The notes beneath the pieces are model-generated. The model was given only the letters and a program-made list of their open reading frames with translations. It was not told where the DNA came from and made no database searches. DNA of 64,000 nucleotides, taken from NCBI GenBank assembly GCA_032718475.1, contig JAUCBJ010006470.1, positions 62,001 to 126,000 on the forward strand, read 5' to 3'. Origin of the DNA: Nemertoderma westbladi (Eukaryota; Animalia; Xenacoelomorpha). The translations under genes were made by a program, and so were the position numbers. This document shows, piece after piece, positions 49,575 to 63,820 of the stretch. Within the stretch, counting starts at the first letter, position 1, and each line of letters starts with the position of its first letter.

Positions 49575-52063
49575 TAGTCTTTCTTACGCAGACGGCGTTT
49601 ACGCAGTTTTTGAGGCTAGCAAGAGTCTTTTTCTCTTTGGGGGGAGCCACTTTACTAGGAGGGCCATAACTCCTGGGTGAAGGGTGCAATATGATTGCAT
49701 CAGAAGGTGTAGAATTATGGTCGAGGTATCTGCCGTTTCGATATGCTTCTCCTCGAGCTGATTTTCCTCCGCTCGTAGCTGGATACGTTCATCCAAAATC
49801 TCTCGCAGAGAATAGGATCGTCCAAGTTCGATAACTTCTTAGAGATTCTGGATTTCCCAATCGAATTGAGATAAGGCCAATTCGTTTATCGATTGGACTT
49901 ACTGTTATAACTTACGTTTATCTGAACAAACGCAGGTTTCTTTTTTGATCTTTATAGAATAGCGTTTAACTCGTTTCGTACAACGCTCTCCTTCACCTTG
50001 ATGAGGGGTTGTATCGCGTTAAACGGGGACGACCATACGGTTGGATAGTGATATTAGGTGTCCGCGTCACAATCCGGCTAGGTAAGATGGGCGGCTAGCT
50101 AGAAATCACTGTCGGAGTGTTACCGATTAATTGTTAGGGTAGCACTAGATCTTTGAACAGTGAATACAGTCCGCGAGGATCCGCGACACCACCAGGATCG
50201 CAGGTCTGAGGTCCAACTAAGGAATGAGGAGATTTGACCGAGTATTCCGGGACTCTGATCGTAGGTTTACTCCAGGATCGTTCGAGCCGAGTGAGCATAG
50301 GTGATACGTCAAACAAGTTTCGCTCGAACTCCAGTAAATATAACGAGCACAACTGTGTTTAACACAACGTTTCCGTAGATGTTTATGTCTTTCCGTTTAT
50401 TGGCTGGGTCTAGGACATTTATCGTAATAATACCAAAGACGCACGTCTGGTAGGGGAAACGCGGATGATATTTATTTGTTGTTACAATGCTTCTATCAAG
50501 AATCCCAAATATATGTTTGTAAAAGCTTTTGTGGGATAACTGATTCGTTTGCCTTGCTAACCAGTTCCCCCCCAGGCGCTAGAATACTCTAAAAAGGGAT
50601 CTATAACTCGAATAGCGCAAGCTACCGGCTGATTGGCTGATTCGCTGTGCGAAGGGATCTGGGCTACGTTTGATTGTCCAACCAGCTTGGGAAAGTTGCC
50701 CCACAGCCCTGCTGTCTTTATCTGCCAATAGGATTTGAGTTGATTTTGATTTCGACCTATCACAGATCTACTGAACTGAATTTTCCTATCTGTATGCTCT
50801 TTCTCTGTGGTGGGTGGAAGCCTTTGTAAATAAGGTTTTTCTTATCAGTTTTCAGTGTTGTTGGTCTTTCTGTCCTGAGCCAGGAGAGAACGGCTTGTAA
50901 ATATTTTGTGCTTTTCTGTTTTAGTCTAACACTAGTAGGCTTAATTATAAGGACATATATCCGTTATCTTAACACACACTGAATCACTGTGTATACTTTT
51001 ATATTGTTATACTGCTATTTACTGTCAGTTCTTCATAATATGGTTGATGAATTATTATATTTGGAATAACGATAAATAAGCCCGAAACCCAATATTCTTG
51101 ATATACCGAAGGTAAGAGAGAAAGGTTACATATAACGATTGTGACTTATGTTAAAGTGGTTTGAAGTGAATCTAATGTTATTTGATAGACCCTACATGAG
51201 TCGGTCCGTGTTCCTTTTATATATAACTAAAATCAGTGAAGATCGGCAGATCAGTGTGCAGTATTGTGCAGCATTGTGTATGAGTGAGCCTGATAACGAA
51301 GCATTTCCTAAAGAATGCGCCATATATGTGAATTATAACTAAGCCATATCGTTGTGAGTAGTTTAAGTCATAACTCTGTTTATATAGATAGAGCGCCACG
51401 TCCTAAAGGAACTGTTAATATTTCCCGAAGGTGAATAATATTGTCAGAGATTATATAATACTGTCAGTCGAATAATACATTAAGCTTACATAGCAATAAG
51501 ATTAAGCCGTCGAACCCAATCTCCCGGGTATATCCAGCGGGTGAATGATCGCGCACAGATTGGTTTCGACTAGTGTAGTGAATTAAATACTTGTCATAGG
51601 CTAAAAGTGATTTATTATCTAGAAGACATCCTAATTTGGCGGGTTAAACTGCCAAAGGTCTGAAAGCGCGAACAATGTTGGAGTTACCGCGTTTATTTGT
51701 TTCTTTAATGTCTTTTCTTTCGAGTCGATTTCGAATAGGATTTTCGCATTAGAATTTTGGTTTATCGTTTCGACTCCTCTGGGTAGGATATGTTCGACAT
51801 AGTCCGTATCGTGTAAATCGATAGAATGGCCAATGGTTAAGAAGTCCATATACATACCATTACAATGCGTGTAGCGAGCGGTGAATTTTCCATAGTCCAA
51901 TTCACGCGTAAGTTACTTCCAGGAAATCGTAGGTTCGATATAACGACCATCATCCTTCGTAGTAGTTGGACTAGTATCACCGCGTATCAAGCTATCAACA
52001 AACGCTTGAAAGTAGAGTATATCGCTCCCTGATACCAAGACCATCTTCTATCAACTCCGTCAT
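49575..52063 (-). pseudogene. B2 accessory ORF2 remnant, decayed and interrupted by a solo LTR
   Basis: Fragments (RYTHCNGMYMDFLT; ERNLFDVSP..LYSLFKDLVLP; DERIQLRAEENQLEEKH) match B1 ORF2; 3' boundary approximate. Confidence 0.75.
50518..51674 (+). mobile_element. Solo family B LTR (1157 bp) with 5-bp TSD ATGTT
   Basis: ATGTT at 50513-50517 and 51675-51679 flanks TGTAAAAGC...GCGCGAACA. Confidence 0.96.
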
Positions 52064-53720
52064 ATCTGCTATATATGAGTTTATTAATATTATAATGAGT
52101 TTATATTTAGGCTAGCGAGCGTCGCTGCCTACCCCCATCAGCCCCCGGACAGTGCGAGATCCTCAGCGCCGATGTGTCGTAGCCGCTGTACTTTCGCCAA
52201 CGACGTAGCCGCACAACGACAACGACAACCGGCACAAGTCACTCGACTGTCCGTCCCAAAGGCTTAGATACACCTCAGGTTCTTACTGGAGAGTTAGGGT
52301 TACTTTCACAATTGCGACTCGCTACTGTAAACACACCTTAGTAGTAACATTCGCCTATAAACTCACAAATACCACACACACAACTTGTCACAAATTACAC
52401 ACACTCGGGCCATTTGTCCGTTAGTCAATGCCTTCCAGAATGTCACTGTATTATTATGTATCCTTGGATACTAGCAGTGCGCTATTTATTCCCTGTGCTA
52501 TTCAATGGGACAAGCTTTCTATTGTTCTTTTAACTCAATTCTAATTCTAGCGTGGTTGTTGCTATGGTGACATTATGCAAAGCTAGCGGTAGAATTAGGG
52601 TAATTCCAATGCATACAGATCTGGGATGTTATTTAATAGTAATTCTTTAATGGTCAATGTCCTGTTTTATACATGACTTTATGAATTTTATCGGCTATTG
52701 ACTATGTCTGGGGGACTTTCGCACACTCATACGCATAATAAGATAAATCTCCGCTCCCTTGATCTATTAATTAATGGAATTTTGGGAATGTTATAAATTG
52801 CGTAAAAATGGCAATTTATTAAATTCATTAAAAGGCATGAATTTAAATTTATTCCCTGAAATTTTATTATTTGATAATTAAATTGACATATTTTGATTCT
52901 AGAACATGTCTGGGGACACAAGATCCTTAATTCTGTGACAATTGTCTTTTTAAGAATATCAGTAAATGCTACGATATCTTAATTGACTAGAATTGTTGAA
53001 GGATCTGAATTTTACAGATTTTGATTTATTAGATTTGCAAATATTAAATAATTAATATTTGAGATGGGCACCGATTTATTCCAGAACTTGTCTGGGGACG
53101 TTAACCACTGATTCTAGAATTTGTCTTTCAAGTATATCGGTGGGTGCCGCGATATCTTAATCGACTAGAATTACAGATGGTCAAAGAGTTTAACAGATTT
53201 ATTTTGCGTTATACGCTACTGTTAAAGGGACATCACGCTACTATATGTATTATCTAATATACGGTATGAGAGCAATATCGCACGAAGCAATGTCAGTGTG
53301 AAGAGGCAAGTCGTTTCCAAGGTCTACCCAGAGCTTGGTTTAGCCGAGACACGAGGATCTGAACTTTGCATTCCTAATACTCTGCGTACCAATAATACTT
53401 AAATATAGTAGAGCTTTATTGTACTTTAATAAGCACGGACATTTCATCTTACTGTAGTCACGTATTTATAATATGCTACGGGCAGTAAGGAAAGAGAAAA
53501 AGAATTATTTCTCGCCGTCGCACTAAATATATAATATACCTAATTAAATAATAAACGCGAATATATATTGCACTAATCTACTAAATAATCTCTAAAATAC
53601 CACACTACTAAATAAAATTAAATAAAACGATTAAAATAAAATTACATAATAATACATACATAAATATAAAATAATAAAATAATGTAAAATAATAGAGTCA
53701 CACGCCCACTCCGAACGATA

Positions 53721-56700
53721 TTAAGTTGGGGAGTCCCCAGATGTCGGCTGGATTAGGGAAGTGGTCGTGGGAAGGGTTTCTTGCCTTCCATAGTTTCCGG
53801 AGAGCTCTCTGTCTCTTTCCAGTAAACATAAACGACCCACTGGGCGGTTGAGCTGTTGAGTCTCAAAGACTATCCCTGGTTTCTTAAAGTTACGCCGCAT
53901 GACGACGAGTTCTACTGATCGCACCAAACCATCGCTCGAGATATGAGTCTCGATGATACGTCCTGTTTGCCATCGCTTACGTGGGAGATCGGGGTCCACA
54001 ATAAGCACCATGTCTCCAGCGCTGACGTTTTCTTGCTGCGCAAACCACTTAGTTCGAAGTTGTAGAGTGGGCAGGTAATGTTTCTCGAAATGGTCAGCGA
54101 AACGACGGGATAGCAACTGCATAAGTTGCCAGGTTCGACGGCAGTACTCGTCTCCGTCTGTGATCTCCGATCGTGGGAGCATGGCTACGGGTTTCTTCAG
54201 TAGAAAGTGCGCGGGTGTTAGCGCTTCCAGGGAATCAGGACTTGAAGAGACTGGCATAAGCGGTCTTTCGTTGAGATAGGCGGCGATTTCCTCCATTAAC
54301 GTCCGCAATAGTTCGTCGGTGAGATAAGCGCGACAAGGTACAATAAAGTGGAACGCAGTCTTCACGCTCCTAATCAATCTCTCCCAACTTCCTCCCCACC
54401 AAGGGGCGTCGGCGGCGTTGAAGGTCCAGCTAGACGCTGTTATCTTTAGCTGATCGTCCACCTGTCTTTTGTTCCAGTCCTTTACGTAAGCTTGAATTTC
54501 GTTGTTGGCGCCAATGAAGTTCGTTCCCTTATCCGATCTCATCGTGTTACTGGTTCCGAAGCGAGCGATCTGTCGTCGTAAACTCAACACGAAGCTGTTG
54601 GTGGATAGATCGTTTACCATATCGAGATGGATAGCTCTACAAGTCATACAAACGAAGATGACACACCATCTCTTGACTATAGTCCGGGCACGATATACTT
54701 CAATAGGGCCAAATAAATCCACACCGGTATTAGTAAAGGGTGGTTCATAGAAGCTTACTCTTTCCCTAGGTAATTCTGCCTCTCGCTGTGTCAAAGGCCT
54801 ACTGAATGCTTTCCTACAGGGTATGCAGTTCCTAAGGACTTGGTTCAGAGCCCTACGGGGTTTATAAAAATAGTAGCGAGTTCGAATTTCGCTCAGAACT
54901 CGTTCTCTTCCAGCATGATACAGTTTGCTATGAACATCTACAATCATCTTGATTTGTATGTCAAGATTTCTAATGAGTATGGGAAACTTAGTGTCAAAGG
55001 ATAATGGGGCGTTGGTGAGCCTGCCTCCAACACGTATTAACCCATCTATCATGGTACTAGAGAAGCGATCCCTTAAGCGCATCTGCGGATTTCTTAACAA
55101 CAGGAAATACTTATCGGGATCCTCATAGCATTGTAGGAGTCTCAGCATCTGTTTGTTGGTTTCATCATGCTCCTGGTAACTGATCTTCTCCTTTAGAAAC
55201 CTGTCGGATATCTTATATTTAGGAAGATCTTTAACAACATGGACTCGTGCAGATGTTGATGGAGCATCATCACTATTGGTCTTTGTCCCGGAGTAACGAT
55301 GATGAAAACATCGTTTTAAATAGGTGACGGCTTTACAGAGCCGATTCCAGGAACTGTAGTGACGTATCGCTCTCTGCAAGAGGGGTGAGAGTCCTTGCGC
55401 GATATCTGGTATTCCAGATTTCCAATCCTTGTCACGGATTTCCAAGACTTCTTTATCCGTGGCTGTGGGTTTCTGATCCAAAGCATCCTCTCCGGAAGTA
55501 AATAATACAGATAGATCAACCGCAGGTTTAAACAACTTCGATTTACTCGCTCGAGTTTTGGGTTTAACTTTCTCCGCTCCCTTGGCCTGTCTGATCTCTG
55601 CTGTTGTGAGATGGGGAGGCCATTCTTCTTCTTCTCTGTAGAGAAAGTCGGGTCCACCTAACCATTCGGGAGTATTTACCAATTCCTTTGGAGTCGCTCC
55701 TCGGGAAGCGATGTCTGCTGGATTAATCGTTCCGGGGCAATGTCTCCATTGGTCCATCGTCGTGCGACTAAGTATGATGGCTACTCTGTTGGTAACGAAG
55801 ACGCTGAACTGACAGACTTCATTGGTTATATACTCTAACACGAGTAAAGCGTCGGTCCAATAGACAGTTTTCTCTAATGGATAGTCAATCTGTTCTGTTA
55901 CATTCCGGCCGATGGCTGTAGCGTATAGAGCCGCTTTTAACTCCGCTCGAGGAACTTTCAACTTGTTGTTGATTAATGCCTTAGAAGTAACCAAGGCGAC
56001 TTTGATTCCATCCGGAGTTTCCACTCTTAGATAGGCTACTATACCTATTCCCATATCGCTGGCGTCTCCAAACACATGGAGTTGATAGGAATACGTAGGG
56101 AGAACATGACCAAAATATGAACGGGAAATTATAAAATCCTCGATAGCCGGCAGAGAATCTTCCCATTTCATCCACTTCTTTAATAATTCTCCCTTAAGTG
56201 GATCGTCCCATGAGTGGTTTTCAAGCCACATTTGTTGTACCAAACTACGAGCAATCAATATAACTGGGCTAATAAATCCCAATGGATCGAAATAAGTGCT
56301 CAGTATACTTAAGCAAATCCGTTTGGTTCGAACTGGATTATCTCGCTGTTTTAGCTGGAAAAACAGGATATCTCGCTCTGTGTCCCATTTCAAGCCGAGT
56401 GTCTTGGTTTCTGGCAGATCATCTTTGATCAAATCTAGATCTTTCGCCCCTCGATCTTCCGCAGGGATCGACTCCAGAAACTCACGGGAGTTGCTGGTGA
56501 ATTTCGTTAATCGAAACCCACCTCTTTTTAAGCACTCTACCGTTCCTTTAGCGACCTCAATGGCTTCCTCAACTGATGGGAGGGACTTCAGATTGTCGTC
56601 CATGTATATGTCTCGCTTGATGTTGTCGATCACTTCCTTAGAGAATGCCTCTCGGTTGTCCTCTGCAGTGGTACGCACTACCGAACAGGCGTTGGAAGGG

Positions 56701-59700
56701 CTTGAGATTATCCCAAAGGCCTGGATGGTCATCCAGTACTCCACCGGTTTCTGGTTGAGGTCTCCTTCGGGCCACCACAGAAATCGTAGACTATCTCGAT
56801 CCCTATCTAACACCTTGACTTGTAAGAACATGCCTTCTATATCGGAGGCGAAAGCAATCGAATATTGTCTCAATCTTAAAAGAATTCCCAACAAAGATTG
56901 AAGTAAGTTGGGTCCGGGTAACAATTCAGAGTTAAGGGATTGACCCATGTAAAGAGCGGAGCCATCAAACACTACTCTCACTTCATGTGGTTTACCGGGT
57001 TTAGGAACGTAATGGTGAGTTAAGTAATACGTTCTTTCAGTCACAGGTGTTTCTTCCGGTACTCTCTCCGCGTATCCCTTACTAATAAATTTCTCCAGCT
57101 GTGTTTGATACATTTCTTTAGCTGAAGAATTAGCCGTAAGGCGTCGATGGAGTTGCGCGATTCTTTTTTCCGCCAAGGGTCTGTTATTGATGAACTTCGG
57201 TTCTCTCTTGCGGAAAGGTAGACCGACTTCATACCTACCTTGATCTTTGAGGAAACGTGTAGTTGTCTCTTGGATCTGCTTGGCCCTTTCCTCTTCCACC
57301 GACAAGGCTTTATCGTAGGAATTGGGCTCTACCGCCTCTTGCGTAAAGAATCGTACGGCATGTTCATCTCGAGTCTTGGCATTACAACGCTCAATGACGT
57401 CATTTAACTCGTCGTTATAAGCTTCTCGTTCAGATGGATAAAGAAGTTGACATAAGTTCACTTGGTTTTGCCAAGCCTCGTTTTCCTTAAGGAGATCGAT
57501 GGTATTCTCCTCATCAAAAAGCTGGTGAATGTCGTCGTTATCTGAGGAGTATGGAGTTCCCTCAGTTAAATCGTCTCCCTCACTAGTATCATCTTCCCAT
57601 TCACTCACCTGGCAGACGCTCTCTGGCGGTAGTCTTTCTCTGAGTGTTCTACGGGAAGGGCCAGTAAAGTACCAACCTACTCTAGTTCTTACCGCATAGG
57701 TCTGTAGCGGCTGCGGTTGAGCAGGCCGTTTCTCTAATGTCTCCAGCGCCTCATGCGCGTTTTGGCCGATGAGTATTTGCACTCCAGGATAATCAGTCTG
57801 GAATCGAGGTATGTTAAGATGTTGGATGCTCTCATCCTCGTCCCAATTATAAAGGTCTGCTTGAGTAGTAGCGAAGTTCTTTATAGCCACCATTTTCACT
57901 GACCTTATGCTATGTTCTCCTAGTTCGTCCTGGGGGGTGGACAACGCTCCTACATAATAATCCGCTGTTATTGTAGATTTCCAAACTTGCATAATGCCTG
58001 ACATGTTTAGCGTAGTTCGGAACTTGGGTTGTCCAGCAAATATGTCTTCGGCTAGCTCTTGGTCGATGAATGTTCCTGTACTACCGGAGTCAAGGAGGGC
58101 GTTCACTACGTAACTCCTCTTAGGTCCGTGAACCCTTACCTGTACCACAGGAAATTCTCTAATCCCTACATTGGAAGTTGGCGCTTTCCAAGATAGTTGT
58201 CGATCAGAAGTATTTAAAGCAAGGTCAATGTCTGATGTATCCTTTTCATAAATGAGTGCTCGATACACTGTGGTATTTATCATGTAACAGGATTCGTTTT
58301 CGTCGGAGAACTCGTCCGTATAGAATCCTTCCATCTCAGATTGATCAGTGTCGTTCACATCACTGAATTGGACATGTAGTTCGGAATCACTTACCTGACT
58401 CGGACTATTTCGCTCGAATTCCGCGTGCAACAAGATATGATGTTTCGCACCGCACTTGGCACATCTTGTGTCAGAGTAACAGGTTCGCCGTTGGTGTCCT
58501 TGTCTGAGGCAATTATAACATAACCGCTTGTCCCACATGACTTCACGTCTCTCAGTTAATGATTTCTTTAGAAATTCATCACACATATTCAAACGGTGGG
58601 TCCCGTCACACAGCGCACATTTCGGTTTGATGTTACTTACCTTATTTTGGGTGACATTGTGTACACTTGTTTTTTCTTCGGGCTTTCTCACCTGAATTCT
58701 CTTGGGAGACGTAGGAGGAGTTTTTCTTACCTGTTCTCTCCTGTCATTTGTTCGAGACTTAAATTTACTTACCTGATCTCTAGGTGTTTTATTGACATAA
58801 TAAGATCTTTCAGTGTCTTTCCCGCTATCCTCCCCTTGGGAAGCTCTGGCTTTCGCCGTCATCGGTATAACACACTGGTGTTACCTTTCTCCTAGCGACG
58901 GGTTTTTCACTTACCTTGTTTTCCGGTGTCTTCTCTCTGGACAGTTTCAGGAGCTGTAATTTCACTTCTCCATCTAGGAATGACATGAGATCAGCCATGG
59001 TAGGGTCTCTTCGTTGTTGTTCCATCATATATAACACTTTCTTATCCCAGCGTGTGCCTACTCCACCCTTCGGTAAAGTAGAAGCTACTGCTCTAATAAC
59101 CATAGTGTTCTGATACTCATGAGACTTACCTAGCCAATCTAATTGTCTGCAGATCTCCTGAATCTCATCGGAAAACTCTATAATTCCGCTGCTAATAAAC
59201 TTTCGGGGCGCTACCAACTTTGCATACAAATACCCAGCTATGTTATTCCTATTACCATACCTGATGTTAAGTGTATCCCAAACTTGTCTTAATCCGTCTG
59301 GATGTCCAATAAACTTTAACGCCATTAACTTGGGAGATCCTTCCAAGCATTCGATGAGGAATCTAAGTTTCTCTCCATTAGATAGCACAGAGTTCTGTAT
59401 GTTATCTTTGTAATATTCATTAAAAGGTAACCATTTCATCTCATCTCCATTGAACTTGACGATCTCTCCCACCTTTACAGCTTGCCGGGCTTCGGTTCTA
59501 GCCATTTGACGCGTAAAACTTTCTTGGGCCATCGTGTTATTTAATATCGAGTTATCGGTATATAAATTTCTCGGATTATGATCCGTTCTATATGGAATAT
59601 CATTATCAACAGGTCTATAATTACCCTTAATAGGGTTCACTATAGGAGTTTCTACTTCGTTAGCAGTATATATGCGTGTAGGCTCCACACCTTGCGCATG

Positions 59701-61806
59701 AGATACTTCAGACCTAACAGGTTGACACATTGTTACCGAGGGTGGTGGTATACCCCTTTGAGTATTTACTAATTTATCGCGTTCTAGCGCGATACTTTGC
59801 TGCACTTCTTGCAACTCTAGCCTACTTTCCCTTACTGTGCCCTTGAATTGCTGGACAGTCTCCTGCATCTGCCCGAGCAGGAGATCCATCCCCCGCCGTC
59901 TCTCGTCCACCCATTCGACCGCCGAAGCGGGAGTCGCCAACGTTGTAGCGGGCGGACGAGGGACAACGGGCGACAAATCATGAATATTTCGCTCGGGGTC
60001 CAGGACTTGAACTGTCTCCTGGGCAGTTCTACTGGGCACAGGTAGCTTAGTGCTATGCAGAGGGAATTTAGAGGTAGCTTCAGGGAGCACAGGTGTGTCT
60101 ATCACCGAAGGGGTGATTTCAAGAACAGGCCTAATTATTTCAGGCTCATCTACTATAGTAGGGAGTCTTTCTATTTTAATTATTGGGTCTGTGGGCTCTG
60201 TACTGCTTAAGTTGGTGTTATTTAGTTGCCTTCTAACAGCTGGAGGCAAATCAGGCAATTTGTGACGGTGGAATGTTCTTTTACGTCTACTTAGACGAGA
60301 TCTATTTCCCTTGCCTTCAGTATCGGTGGTATCGCCTTCCTCAGATGATGTATATCCCTGTCTTTTGGGAGTAGATCGATTCATCATCTGCATATTGCTA
60401 GCTGTTAACTGTTTATTTATGCAGTCTTGATTCTCCTGAATATTTTCCAATTCTAATTGGATGATCTCTTCAGCCGCTCTCCGTTCTGCTTCCGCCACCG
60501 CTGCCGCTTTTGCCTCTGCCGCTGCCGCTGCCGCTTTTGCCTCTGCCGCTGCTTCTGCTGCTGCCGCTTTTGCCTCTGCCGCTGCTTCTGCCAAGGTCGC
60601 TTTTCTTTCTGCCTCTGCCACTGCTGCTATCTTTCTGTCTTCTATACGTTTTTTCTTTACTTGCTCCTCCTGGACTCGTGTGATGCGGAGTTGTTCATCA
60701 AATTTAGCCTGGTTCGCAGCCCTCATTTCCACATCGATGGCATCCAACACAAGCTTGGTTCCTTCACTATTAGGGCTAAGTCCCTCTAACCTTCTCCTCA
60801 ACTCGTCATCACCTAAAAAACGTTGATAGTCTGACAGATAGATGTCAATGGCATCCCTCTTATGCGGCTTCTCTGCCGTCGCTTCACTTTCCACTTGGGA
60901 AAAAGTAGCGTCTGTTGATTCTCCATGGGTTGAGCGCTCCTCCAGCTGAGCTTTCCACTGAGCTGTTCCTTGAACCTGGCGACTCACCCGTTGAAACCAA
61001 GTCTTTACGGCAACTTGCAACGACGTGTCTTGTGTTCTTTTAGAAGCCTCTTCAAAGGCTGATAATATTAGCCTGATTCGCAGAATTCTTTCTCTAACTT
61101 GATAAAGCAGTTGTCCCTGCTCTTGAGGTCCTTGAGGTTGTTGTAACAGTTGTTTTTCTACTCGCTCCATAGAGCTGAAGAATCCCTGTGCGTATCCGGC
61201 TGCGGACCTCTTCCACACAGCTGGATCGATGGTTTCCTTGGCTACTCCCATCCGGTGTATGTCTTCCCAGGCAGCTTCTGATAAATCAAACGGGAGTCCG
61301 GGTCCGGGGAAGTTCCATTGCGACTCGACAATAGACTTCAGTTCTTCCCTCGTGTATCCCGCATAACTATCTCTAGTTGATCGCTGACTTCTCGCCCAAT
61401 CGATCTGGTGTTCTTCCACCGCAATCAATAACCTAGTGAGTACGGCTGCAGGAAGGATGAGAAGGGGATCCGAATAAACCGCATCCATCATCTTTGCTCC
61501 GCGTTCTGGTGTCAGTTCTACAGTATCCTCACTACTAGAGCTGTTGGGCCGTTGAGAAGTAAGTTCTTGGCTCGCGGGTTGTTGCTGTTCCGCTGCTTCT
61601 TGGTCCCGCTTGACCTGAGCTCGAGTGCCTATGATAGACCTACGATGTTGGACCAGCCTAGGTTCTGTTATTACTACTGGAGGGATGACCTTCCTCACAG
61701 TGGGAGGTGAACTGAACTTAGGACTAGACGGTTCTACACCTCTGTCTGAGTCGCAGATAGTTACATCTAATAAACTGTCTGACAGGTTCTGTTTAGTGTC
61801 AGACAT
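53721..61806 (-). pseudogene. gag-pol: B2 gag-pol polyprotein, intact except one frameshift near 58840
   Basis: ORF 61806-58825 (capsid IVKFNGDEMKWLPF..EKLRFL) plus ORF 58862-53721 (knuckles, LDSGS, DIEGMF/YMDD, FGDASD, TGVDLFGP, SDKGTNF). Confidence 0.94.
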
Positions 61807-61939
61807 GTTGGTTTACACAGTTGAATGCCTACTGCTATATTACAGTTTAAGCAAGTCTAGTAATTCAGAGTTAACTGCTAGCCTAGTAATTAATTACCGA
61901 TACTGCTACTCAGTGTAGCGTGATATATATAATATATTA

Positions 61940-62315
61940 GAATACCGGTATGCTTATAGTATATATAACTATATAAGTATTATTACAGACTAGGTTTATC
62001 ACAGAATACCGGTATAATTTTAGCACAAATATATATAAATATATAATAGGCCTATCGGAATACCGGTATACAGCTTACAGTTTGTAGTATATATAATTCT
62101 GGACTAGAATTAATTACAAGTACCGGTATAATTTCAGCCTAAATTTATAGAAATAAAGATAATAGGCCTATCGTAAATACCGGTATGCAGTTTACACTTA
62201 TAGTGTATATATATAAGTATAATTACAAACTAGAATTAATTACAGAATACCGGTATGATTTCAACCTAAAATTTATAGAAATAAATATAATAAGCCTATT
62301 GTAAATACCGGTATA
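61940..62315. repeat. Degenerate minisatellite with seven palindromic (A)TACCGGTAT cores
   Basis: Cores near 61942, 62007, 62060, 62121, 62177, 62247 and 62305; alternate units resemble each other. Confidence 0.85.
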
Positions 62316-63306
62316 TCAATTATTTTAAATAACTGAATTTCTGAATTTTAAGGGTTACTTGGTTACTTACCTACTTTATTACCGTTATTTGAGCAGTAGT
62401 CCAACTGATATTGAGACCTAATGGTTGTATGGTAGGCCTACTATTTATAAATCGTTAGATTTGATTTATAATATTTTAATAACGTTTTAATGGGTTTGTC
62501 AATGTTTGAAATAAATGTTATTATTTCTGGGGAGTAATCACTACACAAAGCGGTGCGCTTTCAGTGAAGTGTTACTTATAGGACACTAAAACAAATAATG
62601 CTAATTTACCTAAGTTACTTAATACTACAAATTACGTACAATTCGGGTGAGATTACAATCTCTAAATAAACACAAAAATTTACAAAAACACAAAATACGA
62701 ATTTTCAGGGTAATTTTACAAGATGTCTACAAACCAGCCTAACAAAGGGTTAGAATCTGGTTATTACAACGGACAGGGTACTACGGTATTTGAAAATAAT
62801 AAGTAGTAGTAAATACACTGCGTTGTCCAGATAGGAAAATACCACCGCCTGACGACCTATAGCCGTATCGCTATAGGTACTACGTTATGTATCACGGAGT
62901 GTTCCTACCTAGAAGTTAATAGAGCTAATCGAACGTGCCTATCAACCACTTTACAACACAAATATAATGCCTACACTAATTACCTTCGGAAAGCACTGTA
63001 CACTAAACCCTAAATTAGGTACGAGTACTTGTACAACATATAATCAGTAGTTAAATATACTTGAACAGCTAAAAGAACCACGGCATCTGCTGGAGTGACC
63101 GGTGCACAAAATCACCAGTCTTTACCTACGCCAAGCAGCCCGTATAGTACCGGGGTTAGTTTAACTATAACGGTATGTATAACAAACACAATTATTGTAG
63201 GAACAAACTTGGGGAATGAATGTTGCGAATAATCGCATAAACTCTGAATAATAAATATTACGCTACGCGTACAAACCACTCAAACAAAATGCAGACCAAA
63301 TACTGA

Positions 63307-63820
63307 CAGACTACTATCAAGCCTAAATAAACTACAGGACAAGCAGACTCCGAAATGATTAGGTAGTATGCGTTCTAACCCAGTAGTACGACTTATTCTT
63401 TAGTTGGGGGTTTACCTTACAGCATTGGCTGCCCCTACTTCCTAACCGTTCTTTATCGGACAGAGGCTCTACACACACTGCAATCCGTTCAGACCTAATA
63501 ACAGCCAGACAACTATCCAGCCTACAAATTATCTAAATAAATATTATACGCTACCCGTACAGACTTACACAAACAAAGTACAGACTAAACGATGGCAGAC
63601 TACTCTCAAGCCTAAATAAACTACAGGACATGCAGACTCCGAAATGATTAGGTAGTATGCGTTCTAACCCAGTAGTACGACTTATTCTTTAGTTGGGGGT
63701 TTACCTTACAGCATTGGCTGCCCCTACTTCCTAACCGTTCTTTATCGGACAGATGATCTACACACACTGCAATCCGTTCAGACTTAACAACAATCAGACA
63801 ACAGCTCAGCCTACAAATTG
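63307..63820. repeat. 289-bp tandem repeat (~1.8 units) in the B2 leader
   Basis: Unit starts at 63343 and 63632; same unit as 34483-35250. Confidence 0.92.

Noticed and set aside
55518-55532. Family A hairpin motif in B2 pol (AAACCTGCGGTT)
   Set aside because: Partial match only, and not conserved in B1 (AAACCTATGGTA).
58825-58862. Programmed gag/pol frameshift in B2
   Set aside because: The shift lies upstream of the Gag Zn knuckles, has no slippery heptamer, and removing one base restores a single ORF as in family A; most likely a mutation or sequencing error.
61940-62315. CRISPR-like repeat-spacer array
   Set aside because: Spacers are related to each other, the core is only ~10 bp, there are no cas genes, and the context is a eukaryotic retroelement.
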